A stretch of 64,000 nucleotides of DNA from Phoronis australis (Eukaryota; Animalia; Phoronida): NCBI GenBank assembly GCA_002633005.1, contig NMRA01000043.1, forward strand, positions 524,018 through 588,017, given 5' to 3'. Numbering within the stretch: position 1 is the stretch's first letter; each line of letters starts with the position of its first letter. Below, piece by piece: positions 13,035-25,376 of the stretch. Both the position numbers and the translations under genes were made by a program. The notes beneath the pieces are model-generated. The model was not told the DNA's origin. It was given only the letters and a program-made list of their open reading frames with translations, and ran no database searches.

Positions 13035-14005
13035 GTCCCTTTCATACCGACTTAACTATGGGAGGAGCGTCGACGTAAACTGACGTTAAATGAACTGTTC
13101 ATACCAGCTTCGGTAGTTTACGAACATCAAGGTTAGTGGTAGGCAGGCCTTTATGCAGCGTAGGTCCTGGGCGTCCAAATGGACGCCCTAGCACTAATCT
13201 GGAGGCCCTGGCAAGGATGCCCAATGTATCATTTGGACACCCACTGTCAATAGGAACCTTTCAAGTTTGGAATCATACATTGTAATGAATACTAGGAAGG
13301 CTCACAGTGGGGGCTCTTTTGTCAAAGCAGGAAGAAATATACAATGCATATACAAAATATATGCATTGTTGCTATTTTGACACTTGATTGACAGCATTGT
13401 AAAAGTCTTGGTCTTCACATTTTTTTTAGTAAAAATGCTCACCATAGAAGGCTGTTTTATAAACTTAGATGTAAAAACCTTGATCTGTGCATTTTTTTGT
13501 AAAAAAAATCTGTGTGTTTGGGGGTATTGCTGGGGGTGGGGGGGTTACACGTCGGAATCTTGGACGCCCTGGAATATTGGGAACCCCATTTTGGACACCC
13601 TATTTTCAAAATCATGGATAAAGGCCTGGTGGTAGGTGACGCTGTTGTCATCTAAGTAATCGCAAGGCAGCGCTGATGCATCACGTGCATGCTAACAATT
13701 GTTTAATCTTACAATTCACGTCAATCTTATTTCTAATTCCATTGGTGATTATTCGAGCAAAATATGAGCAAAAATTAGCGACGACATTGCCCTTTAATTG
13801 TTAGCGATAACAGTGGCCCCTGGGGATAACTTCGATAGGACCGAAGTTGACCATTCATTGTGCACCACAGCTGAACAATGCTCCTCTGTTAAATCCACCT
13901 GTTTATTGTGAAGTTAACTGGCACTGTTAACTTCGATCCAGGACCGAAGTTAACCATTCAAACTAACCGCAACTCCCCCAAAACATCGACACGTCAACTT
14001 TAGAA
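13035..14005 (+). mobile_element. PIF/Harbinger-type MITE family A, interrupted by a hAT MITE
   Basis: Starts TAA|GTCCCTTTCATAC; body aligns by eye with 31042-31503 and with the reverse complement of 20232-20690; right end decayed. Confidence 0.8.
13144..13628. mobile_element. hAT-type MITE (485 bp) nested in the Harbinger MITE
   Basis: TIR CAGGCCTTTAT / ATAAAGGCCTG, perfect 8-bp TSD GTGGTAGG (13136-13143 and 13629-13636), subterminal GGACGCCC/GGACACCC repeats. Confidence 0.9.
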
Positions 14006-14827
14006 AAAGTAAAGATAACAGAAGAGTTTGTGGTTCTCTGGTTTTCAGTGCGTCAAAAGAATATTTGTCGTGAATATTTTCCATGAAGCTTGCCATCAGT
14101 TACTTCTTTGTCTATCATTACTAAAAATGGAAGTGGATATTTATTTGAATTAAATCTGAGACAATAAATGACAGTAAAACATAAGCTCAAGAGCTGGTTA
14201 TCGTGGACAAATTAAAATCTAAGTCTCACAAGTTTTCACGCACTTTTAATTGTGTCAAACAAAGGTTTTGTGGTTGTATACTGACCACAACGTTAATAAT
14301 GTCAATACTGTATTACTTCATCTGTTCTGGACAGTCCTCCACATTGATAGCACATGTCTATGATCTGATATGTCCTGTATGCTGTGGAAACCATCCATTT
14401 CCTTTGAACAGCACACAAGCTGGGTTTGCATAGTGAACTGCTAAGTACACCTGCTGTTTAAACCATACCTGGAGGGGGTCTTATTGCTAACTAGGAAGTA
14501 CTGAGAGTTGTTGTGGAATAGTTGGGGTTACCCCACTCTTCCTCTGTGAGTCAGAACCAATTGAAAACCAACTGATATTGGGTGACCACAAATAATGTAT
14601 AGACAGGATTAATTGTCTTATGGTGGTGGTTGTTAGCAGGAGGTACTTGCTGATTTTATTTACCATGTGGGTTGAATGGTATTTTTATTTGATCCCATAA
14701 AGTCTTGTTGAAATTTCGTCTGTTTGGGACATGATATATCTGACCAGAGAATTAAGTTATGTTAAATTTCCCAGAAAAATAACTTAATAATGTATGTCAG
14801 CTTGGTATGTATGGTGGAGGTGCCACC

Positions 14828-15128
14828 AGAGAGCACTGGACAAAAACCCGTGTTGTCAGCGATTTAGCCCTGAAGCCTGTTTGAAAAATTTAGAAAAATG
14901 TTGTTTTTGCAAGACTCGATGTGGCGACCTGTAACTTGTCAATGCAACCTGAGATTTTGTTCGGCTACCTAATATAAATCCCAAGGTGACACAAAGTCAC
15001 CAGATTTTTGTGAGTTGCAACCACGGCAGAAGAAGTTGAACAAGTAAGAATTCATCTGTACTTGGCTTAGAAATTTATGGTGACTTCAAAAAATCGTAAC
15101 TTTTTTCCTCCTAATACAATGCCTTTAG
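14828..15128. mobile_element. Degenerate Kolobok-like MITE
   Basis: Left AGAGAGCACTGGA versus right TACAATGCCTTTAG; weak TIR. Confidence 0.3.
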
Positions 15129-18111
15129 TTTTTAGTTCTGTTGATTTTGTGACATAAGTGACTTTGCACACATTTAAGGACGCGCTCAGACATCAAACGG
15201 GAGTCGGAATTGTTCGGGGGCAAAAGCTGGTTGGCCCGACAAATAACAGTTCTGATTCTGCTTGGGTAATCTATCATCACTGTTCACATGTTCTTCCGTT
15301 CGACTATAAAAAGCGGAGTTTCCTGGTGTGTTCCTTTCTTATTTGTCGACCTTGGATTTTTGCCTGGTTGCAATTGGTGAGTTGACATTATGCTAAGTGT
15401 TTAGCCCTGCTTTAGCTTATATATATATGTGTCCGAAAAGTTACTGTACTCATTGTGTTGCTAGACAGCTGCACTGTGTTGCAGAAAAAGGCATTTTAAT
15501 AGCTTTGTTTCTCAGATTGAACTTACTCTTCCGCCCAAATCCTGTCTACTTTGAGATACTGTATAGGAAGATATGAAATGCAATAGAGCAGTGTGGGTGG
15601 GACTACCAACATCACCTATCAACTGCAGCACTGTTACCACATGGCCTATCAATAACATGTTCCATGTCAGAATTATCTGTGATCTCACTCAGTTGAAACA
15701 AAACACATCATGTCACATGTCAGTATCCTCCAGGATGATTAATCTGCATATGGCCTGCTTATGCTTTTTTCCTCTACATTTTGTCCCCCTTGTGATAAAA
15801 GAGCTCAGCCTGTATTGCTGCATCTGGTCCGGTATTTCCAGCAGAGTTGGTGATACTCCCACGCTCTGATTCAACTCATTATCCGGTGGGACTTATCTCA
15901 TTTGCTTTGCCTGGAGTTATGTCAAGAAGAATTCAAAACCCCATGACTTGTTTATGAGTGAGTCATTCTTGTTCAGATTTCCAAGAGGTTGGCAGATTGA
16001 TTGTTGTTCCTGGCCCATGATGGGAAGGATGGCATTTGGACGCAAGGTACTTTTACTGGGCATGTTTCTCAATTTTGAAATTTTTAGATGTCATTTTATT
16101 GGTATTTTCAGAGCAGTTCTTCTATTACTAAATGGAGACCACCATTCCGTGATTCTATTGTTTGGTTTAGTTAACTGATTTCACAGCTGTGTTTGTCCAC
16201 AGAAGTGATTAATTAATTGCTTATTGAGAAAACTTAGCTTGTTGATGAATTTTAATTTTTGGATTGCGACATAGCTATATGCGGAAACAATTGGGTCTTC
16301 CGTGATTGCCCAGCAACACTCGAATCTTGTATTTACCCACAATGCCGTCTGTCAGGCATATTTGCTGCCTCGTTTTCATGCCACTGGAATCTCACATGTT
16401 ATTTGTTGTTGTCTGATTCTTTACAAGTTTTTCTTGGTTGCATTATTCTATTCGTCCTAATGTCATCGAAGTATTACTGCTCTGCGTGTGGGCTGCAACT
16501 CTGATGTGGGAAAGTGTGATAAACTACAAATATCCGTGGATATGTGATCTGAAATTCTTCGACTTCCCGACATCAATGACGGACAGGAAAATGTGCCCTA
16601 TTTCCAAAACGAGACAAAGGAGAGATCTATCGCCGTGTAATACAGAACAATCCTATTGCTTTGATTTCATTACTTTGCGCTGAATGTATTTTGTCAAAAA
16701 TAACCTTGTGATTGTAATGGGATTGTTGGGAGATTTGTAGTTTTTTGAACATTTGGGAATCAGTGAGTGTCATGGAAAATGTAAGATTTGATTTTAGAGA
16801 GGGTATGGAATGCACATTTGTTCTAAAGTTTATATTGTTCATGCTATTTTAACAAATTTCTTTTCAGAAAATTTCATAGAAATCTCAAGGAGATTCTGCA
16901 GTCACATAAGCTTTTACGTATGAATAAGTTATGATTTTTGAAATTTCAATTTGTATTTGTAACAGAATTTCTTAAGAACCCAACGACCTTGATAACTTCC
17001 AAAAAGGTCAACCTGAAGAATTTTATCAGGACCTGTTGACCCCCACATGGGTGATATCCCCAGCAACATTTTGTGGAGAATATATTGAGAACAGTTGTCA
17101 ACCACTTGTGGCCTGGTGTATTGAGTCTTTCATGTGGTTAGACAATCTGCATGGACTTCCCAGCCACTGTTTTGCTTGGCCATGGCACCAGGTCGGACAC
17201 ACTTTTGCAAGGAATATTGGAAGGATAATACTTGGACAGTATATTTTACAAGAAAAACATAGATGCTGAATTGTCTTCGGGTTTATGTAGATGGCCAGTT
17301 GCATCTACCATACCTGAGTTTCCGTGGGACATCTTATGATGTCTCTATTTTTAAATTGAGCGTCCACTCGATGGAAGAGAAGAATGTTGGTGTACACATG
17401 TGTCTGAATAAACTGCGGAAACATGCAACTGAGAACTACTTCCAAGCTTCTTTTGTCATGCAAAACCGTACTTGTGCTAGGGCAAGTTGATTGGACACAA
17501 GTGTAATTTTTGTCAGCAGGATCAGTTGTGAGTTGTCAGTTTGTTCGTGAGACAACTGCTGGTCTGGTCATAACTTAACTATGACAAAATACGAGAGGTT
17601 GGATCCACTGCTGGATTTCAAGGTATTTTCCTCACTTTTCTAATGCTCTGTTTGATGATGGGCAGTTCGTAACTTGTATTGGTTTGTGCGCAATCGTTTG
17701 GATATTATTCATTATTTTCTTTGTAGGAACAGTTAAGCTTCTAGTTGCGAAAACATATTTTGTATTTGTTTTTCCCAGAACTCTAACCAATGTAATTTGT
17801 CTGGTGGAAACATTATTGGAAACCCCTTTTTAACTGGCTCAGTTCCTGAGTCGCCATTTGAATTGTGGTTTGAGATGATACGCATGTAAATGAAGGTTGA
17901 ATGATCCAATAAGTGCTACATGATCAGTCATGTTAGTAGACTTGCTGTTGTAACTGCATTAACTTGTGTATGCTGTTTGAAAGTTGTTTATTACGAGGAA
18001 ATGCTAACTTTATTGAAGGCATTGTTTTTTGGTCAATTTGGCATATTGCGCTTACTATGGAAAGGTATTTTGAATATTTTTAGCTTTGTTTTGTAAAAGT
18101 TTTATGAAATA

Positions 18112-18475
18112 CCGTATTCGCCGTAATAGCCGCCCATGCCCCTATAAGCGCCCCCCACGTGTTTTCAGACTTTGCTGAAATAAGCGCCCAGTCCATGAAC
18201 GTGTACACGGGAACAATGACGTACCTACAGTCCTAAAACTCGGCTACAGTAACGTCTTCAATTTATCAAAAAAGTTTTGCACGGGTCTTCTAGACCACCA
18301 GCGGCACTGCTACGTTTGTATTTAGCCGTGACTTTACACTTTAAAGTAACGCAGCGCTTCAAAAAGAACGCAACAGCGTTGCTACNCCGGGTTTCAACCG
18401 CCTTGGGTTATAATAAGCGCCCCCCCTGAACCGAACTTTTCTAAGCGCCCTGGGCGGTTATTACGGCGAATACGG
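18112..18475. mobile_element. Tc1/mariner (pogo-type) MITE
   Basis: TA|CCGTATTCGCCGTAATAGCCGCCCA ... TGGGCGGTTATTACGGCGAATACGG|TA: ~25-bp TIR, TA TSD, internal TAAGCGCCC repeats; one N at 18386. Confidence 0.9.
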
Positions 18476-20231
18476 TAAACAATTTTGTCAGACCGAAAGT
18501 GCAACTCTGAACAATTTGCACAGTGCAAGCAGTGTCTGTCTAAGTGGATGAGTTACTAATTACTATTCTATTATTTTTTGGCATCATTGCACCACCTTGC
18601 GATTACTTTGGTGACGATAGTGCCATCTAGTGATAATTCTGATGTCTGTTGACTACTATAGCTAATGGGAAATGTTCATCTTTGCAGTTTATGTCGCGGC
18701 TTTCCTAGTTCCGGATTCAACTTCATAGGAAAAGGTTAAAAAAGTTCCAACTATTGAGTCTTTCTACTCTGGCTCATTCAGGATTAAAAAGAAGGCATCC
18801 AAAATGGGTTTTTCAATTTTTTTCCAGGTGGCTGTGACTAATGACATGTGAATGTATTTTTGTGATCCCAAATCAAACTGTTGAACTTGTAGTGTGGTAT
18901 GTTTCTATGGAGACGTGTGTCTGTAGAGTCCCAAAGAGCTCCTGGAGCTGTATTCAGTGTTAGCAAGTATAGGGACATCAATGCTGACATGCTTACTTTA
19001 CATGGGCATCCCAATGCTGAATAGAACATACTACCTCAGGTGTCTTAATTTGAGTTTGGGAACCTCGGACACCCTTTGGCTTTTTCATCTTTTTCATGAA
19101 GGTCTGATTCTACATTCATTGCTTTAGCAAATGTTGTTAGAGCTCAGAAAAGTTTTCTGTTTGACACGATTTCATTCTGTTGTGCAAGATGGGTATAGTT
19201 GACAGGGACGAAATGCAAGTGCTTTCATTCCTGGTAATTATGAGGCATATGTTTGCATGAATTGTTTGAACATCCTACCACAAAATAGTGACAATTTGAC
19301 ATGATGTTAAGATAGAATATATAAAAAAAATGGAAATATCCCACTGTATTAAATCAATACAGAACGTTGTCCACCACCAACCTATATAATGACAAGGCAT
19401 ATTTCATTCTGTCCCTGCTATTGGAAATTAGCCATTGGACGTTATTATGATGGATATGCATGTGCCTTTATTATGCATAACTGGGGTTCATTTGTCTGGG
19501 TAATAACCATGCTTTGTTTTCTTCTCTAGTTTTGTTAGTAGCGTTTTTTTCAAACATTTGTCCTAGCATTTTCGTTAACATTCCCATTTGATCTGTTGCC
19601 CAGATTGTCAGTTCCGCATACTTCTATTAAATTTCCATTGGCAAATGACTCACATAGCCAGGTATTTCGTACTGTGCTAGTGAATTGTAGATGCCTTCGT
19701 TTGTCAAAAAGATAGCATTATCAAAAGCAGTGGTGAACCATGAATAGGACTAAGGTGCTTTTTATGTTGGTTAAGGACATTCGTTGATCCATGCCCTATA
19801 AATGCCTTGGCCAGTGGTTAAAAACAAAGTTCTGTTCTTTCAACCTTTGGTGTTGTTCAAACAATGTCCTTTTTATTGCCTCTGAACAAATGGCCAGCTG
19901 TCAGAATCTCATAGACTGGTAACAAAGCTCAACCCATAAACTTGTCAATGATTATGGCTCATTAAGCTAGCTTTGTATACAACTGACTGCTTGTTAGGGC
20001 CAAGTGCTTCTCAAAAAGCTTTACCACCCAGTTTTATTGTTGGAAATTTGTCGGGCTATTTGTTTTAAACAAGTTCAGAGGAGGTGCAACTCCAGTTGTA
20101 ACTCTTTTGGGTGAATCTGTGAATAATATTCAAGGTTTTATTCAAAATGGTGCAAACCTGCCATTCTTGTGATCAGCATCATCTCACACAAGGTACACAT
20201 ATACCTCTATACCTGGTACTAGAACTATAAA

Positions 20232-20690
20232 GGGCCTTTCATACTAGTGTCGAGGCGTTGATGGATTGGGGAGTTGCCCGGTCCTGGATCGCAGCTAACA
20301 GCTCTAGTTAACATCGCAGTTAACAGGTAGATTTAATAGCACAGGGTCGACGCTGTGGTGCAGTATGAACGGTTAACTTCTGTCCAATTGAAGTTATCGC
20401 CAGGGGCCACTGTTATCGTCAATGGTAGTGGCGTCTTTCAATAGCTGCATATATTTTGCTCTAATAATAACCAATCCATATAAAAATAAGTTTAATGTCA
20501 ATTAGCACACGTAAATGTTCCCAAACTGTCACATTAAAAAAAATCTTAGGGTGCAGCGCTACCTTGCGATAACTTCGATGACGACAGCATCGCTCATTGT
20601 TCATTAACAACCGAAACAAGTATGAACGGTCCAGTTAACTGCGCTGTTTATGTTGACCTCCGACTAGAGTTAAGTCAGTATGAAAGGGCC
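20232..20690 (-). mobile_element. PIF/Harbinger-type MITE family A
   Basis: GGGCCTTTCATACT ... AGTATGAAAGGGCC|TAA; reverse-complement homologue of 31042-31503. Confidence 0.85.
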
Positions 20691-21723
20691 TAAAGACAGG
20701 TGTTTTAGAGCAGTATCCTTTGTCTTGTCAGCTTCACTCATAAATAACCTATTGGCACCTTTGTCTACAGACCTGCTAGCCATACTGAATCATTGTAATT
20801 ACAAGGATGCTGGCACAAAAGGTCGACAACAAATTCCAATGCCTCTGGGGCTAGCAAGTGTACTTTTAAACATTGATAAGTGCACAGATGCAAATGCATA
20901 GATTGCTACCAATGGATGTTGCCACTTCCCGTTCACATTTGCTGAAACTCGGTTAAATGATTCATCTATGTTGTTTTTCATAGCGTCTATCTCAAAAGTA
21001 TACCTCTGACTACTATCTCGCAATGTCCTCAAATGAAATAATATGACGTTCAATAAGTTGTCTTATGAATAGCAAATCAGAAATTTAGAATGAATATGGA
21101 ATAAAGTTATGAAACATGATGAGGTATGGCATCTAAAAAATTAGTTTAATTGCCTCAAGGTGGCACAGAATTTGGACTTAAAACGGAGAGGTATTTGCTC
21201 CTTGGCTTGAGTTGATGTGTTAGGTTTTGTCTTGTTGTAGTCTTCACTCTGTTCATGACATGTCTGCTATTGATTTATACTCAGTTATCAGTCTATTCAT
21301 AGACATGTCTAGTCATCAGGTATTGAAGTTAGTGTGGAAAGAACTGAATAATCAGTTTTCATTATATATCCTACATGATGTGCTGCAGTATTTAAGTTTG
21401 TACAGTAGTTTCATTTGAACAATTTACTGATTTTTTCACAATGGTAATATACTTCAGCTACTTTCATGAAAACTTGACTAAACAGGGTTACTTTTTGCAA
21501 GTGCTTTGGTGTCCTTCCCCCATTTTCTCACTTTATGTTATTCTGTTTGCTTATCGCTGAAATCACCTGATATGGTATCGTCCATGGATTGGTAAATCTT
21601 CTGTTGTTCGCAGTGTTCTCCACAGTGTAATTCCAAACTCAACGCAAATATTTAGTAGCAGTTGTTGACATTGTTTCATTTCTAATCATAACCATGGGTG
21701 TGCTGGAGGTTTTTATATGTGGT

Positions 21724-22721
21724 TTAAACAGTACACACCATGGATTTTTGCACATTTTGAATTACCGGTGGCCACAAACTAAATGTATGACGTAAAATTT
21801 AGCTAAACCCATGTTTATTTTGTGTAATTAGCTCGAAATTTTGATTTTTCTTTCAATTTTGCCAATTTTCACATTTCCCGCCATGTGACGTCATGGGTTG
21901 AACACAAGAGATTAGTGACTAGCATTGAACAATGGCGGAAAGCAGGGAATTTGAAAGCGACGACGATTATGAGCAAAAATTGAACGCATATTGTGAAGAA
22001 ACGTACGGGAATGGTGGCCAGGATGAGGAAATGGGGTTGCACGAAAGCGAGAATAAGTTTAATGTGCTTCCGGCTGCATACTTTTCTACTTTGAGCCTTA
22101 CGAACTGGATCCTCCCGCGAGAGAAGCGGCCACGGGCTCGGCGAGTCAACCCAGTCATCCAACAGTCAATCCTGAACTAAAAGCTGATGTTTCTGAATTA
22201 TAAATATTGTCCTTTATTGAACCAGGCCTTCGTCGTATTGTCTCTTGTGACTGGAGTCGAAACGCGAGTCCTCAAAGTAGGCAGAACACAGAGTGGCCCC
22301 GGACCGAATCGCTTGGTCCACGATGACGTCCCACACTCTCGTTCGGCGCACGAAGCGATGCCACTTCTGCGCAACTTTGGTATCCTTCGGAACACTGAGA
22401 CGTTCTCCGCCTGGCTACTGTTGCTGCAGCCTCCGGAAACACATCTGCGAACCTTCTCGACGCTAAATGTATTTTGCTTTCTCTTCACTCAATACACTGC
22501 ATAACTCTCTGATCCGAACAGTAATGGCGAACGACTTGGGTTTAACCCATGACGTTGTACATAATTATTATTTTTTTCAATTTTTGTGTGTTTCTTTATG
22601 AGCTGTGCACTAAAGGCACTGAAATCTAGTAAGATATAATAATAAAATTTATTTTGAGGTACAAGAGTCATGTTGTGTACACTTTAAAACTGCACACTGC
22701 ACTGGTGTGTCCTACTTTTTA
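21724..22721. mobile_element. Internally deleted Kolobok transposon with convergent KolX-like (+) and THAP-transposase (-) N-terminal relics
   Basis: Ends TTAAACAGTACACACCA / TGGTGTGTCCTACTTTTTA. Minus strand with one frameshift: RRCVSGGCSN..VSVF/PKDTKVAQKWHRFVRRTR...LCSAYFEDSRF (THAP). Plus strand from 21932: acidic MAESREFESDDD..., then frameshifted FYFEP...LKADVSE. Confidence 0.75.
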
Positions 22722-24053
22722 GACACTTCAAAGTTTAGCTTTCCTACCAATATATCTCACAATTCCTCCAAAGCATTAACAGACCCAGAGGATCAAACAA
22801 AAGATTAAAAGTTCTTTTAATAATATCAATGCCGATTTTACTATCAATTAGACATATTAAGTACTACTAACATGAGTTCTGATGTGACCTAGTTTTTAGT
22901 GACACCTGTTGTCAAGTTGAATAAGCTCATAAAAGCTCTAACTTGCCACTAGATGTCAGTCAAAATCAAAATTGTCTTTATTAAGCCAATTAAATTGTTT
23001 CTTCACGGATTGACTTGCAAAATTTTAAAGTTAGAATGACAAAGTAAATTAGACAATTGATTAAGCAAGCTAGATGACTCCATGAAATTTTTGTTATTTA
23101 AAGATTTTTGCAGATTTTATTAATGATAATTCAAACTCTTGTAGTGTCATACAAAGTTATACATATAGTGTTGACTGCCACTAATATTCTGTAATGGGCT
23201 TGATGTTGGTTAATCAAACCCTGCTTTTAGTGTCGAGGGCTGAAATGCCAAGCCAGGCTAAAAGTGCAAACCTGACGCAGCAGCACTTTTCAAACTCGAG
23301 GCGCATACGCAGCAAAATCCAAACTCGTTACAGCGACGAGTTAAAACAGGTCGTGGAGAACACTGGTTCGTCATATTCTTCCCAGTTTTCAGTATACAGT
23401 TTGTGTTATTTGACAGCTGTATTGCACTTTACTGTTAGATTTTTGTTGTTGAAAATTTCTAAGCACTTAGAGGATCTCTAAGGGGAACGGTGGCTGTACT
23501 CACTGAGAGGGAATTTTTGGTTAAGGGGAGAAGCCCCCCCCGTGTTTCACACCAATTGCACCTCCCCGTGCAACTGTCTAAAGTTGCTGATGGTACTAAC
23601 TAGCATAGCTAAAACTAAGGTGTTGCACAAGTGATTCTGAGCTTGAGGTGAGTTTTTAAGTGAGTGGAGAATTTTGGGGTCTGATTAAGCATGATTTTAT
23701 AATACTTAATAGTTTTATGGGCCCACATATTTATATGTGGTCGCATATTGCCGTCATCTCTGTCTGTGCATCCGGGCGTCTGCGGCTGTATCTCCTAAAC
23801 CCCTTGCAGGATCTTATTGAAATTTGGCAAGAGGTTCCTATGGGGTTGACGACAGAGGGCGACGAGTTTCGGACCGACCTGAATACCACTGTGCCCCCTA
23901 GTGGCAATTTTAATTTTTTACGTTTGCGTCTGTATCTTCAAAGGTCCTCAACCGATTTTCGTGAAATTTAGTACATAAGCATCTATTAATGAGTTGACGC
24001 TATCCTCTTGTTTTTTGAATGGATTGGAGGCATTTTGCGCCACCTAGTGGCCA

Positions 24054-25376
24054 TTTTTATGCGCCCACATATTTATATGTGGACGCATTATGCCGTCATC
24101 TCCGTCCGTCCGGGCGGCGTCCGGCGTCTGGCGTCCGGCGTCCGCTGCTCTATCTCCAAAACCCTTTGACATACGTTCATGAAATTTGGCACATATGTTC
24201 CATTCATGAATGGGACGGCATGTGCGAACTTTCGAACGNNNNNNNNNNNNNNNNNNNNNNNNNNNNNNNNNNNNNNNNNNNNNNNNNNNNNNNNNNNNNN
24301 NNNNNNNNNNNNNNNNNNNNNNNNNNNNNNNNNNNNNNNNNNNNNNNNNNNNNNNNNNNNNNNNNNNNNNNNNNNNNNNNNNNNNNNNNNNNNNNNNNNN
24401 NNNNNNNNNNNNNNNNNNNNNNNNNNNNNNNNNNNNNNNNNNNNNNNNNNNNNNNNNNNNNNNNNNNNNNNNNNNNNNNNNNNNNNNNNNNNNNNNNNNN
24501 NNNNNNNNNNNNNNNNNNNNNNNNNNNNNNNNNNNNNNNNNNNNNNNNNNNNNNNNNNNNNNNNNNNNNNNNNNNNNNNNNNNNNNNNNNNNNNNNNNNN
24601 NNNNNNNNNNNNNNNNNNNNNNNNNNNNNNNNNNNNNNNNNNNNNNNNNNNNNNNNNNNNNNNNNNNNNNNNNNNNNNNNNNNNNNNNNNNNNNNNNNNN
24701 NNNNNNNNNNNNNNNNNNNNNNNNNNNNNNNNNNNNNNNNNNNNNNNNNNNNNNNNNNNNNNNNNNNNNNNNNNNNNNNNNNNNNNNNNNNNNNNNNNNN
24801 NNNNNNNNNNTTTTTTTTGCGCCCATGGTTGTATCTCCCAAACCGTTTGCAGGATCTTTACTAAATTTAGCAAGTGTATTGATGTGATGTTGACAACGGA
24901 CGATGACGACTTTAGGATGATTCTGACTACCGGTATGCCTCTAGTGGCAATTTTAGTATTTGCCTCTAGTGGCAATTTATAGTATTTTACATTGACCTCT
25001 GTATTTTCATAGGTCTTCAGGTGTATACTTTGTGTTACTTCGTGACTATGAAGGAAAAGTTCCAAGTAGAAATTTTTTTCTGGCATTCTAATGCTATGCT
25101 AATCTCGTATGTTGGTAAATTTGTTTTTATTCTATGTTTCTGTGGTGCTTTAAGCAACTGGTGTATAGGATGTGCTTGTATTATGAAGATTACTCAGACA
25201 CATTTTGCCCCTAGCCTATTGAGGAGACAATGACCATGCCTTTCCATTTTGCTAAGTACAACATACTACATATATGCTCTCTACTGGCCACTTTGTGGTA
25301 CCAATAAACAACCCTAGAAGGATACCGTATGCGGTGCAATTGTGGGCGCATTTCAACGCTCTGCGTTGCTCTTGTT
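24054..25376 (+). mobile_element. Helentron/HINE element, inner copy nested in the same family (spans the N gap)
   Basis: Second 5' end TTTTTATGCGCCCACATATTTATATGTGG at 24054 and a 3' end TGTGGGCGCATTTCAACGCTCTGCGTTGCTCTTGTT ending at 25376. Confidence 0.7.
24239..24810. other. Assembly gap (572 N)
   Basis: Run of N. Confidence 1.

Noticed and set aside
24019-25086. Long ORFs of 225-332 aa in the ORF track
   Set aside because: They are made of X from the 572-N gap plus HINE repeat flanks.
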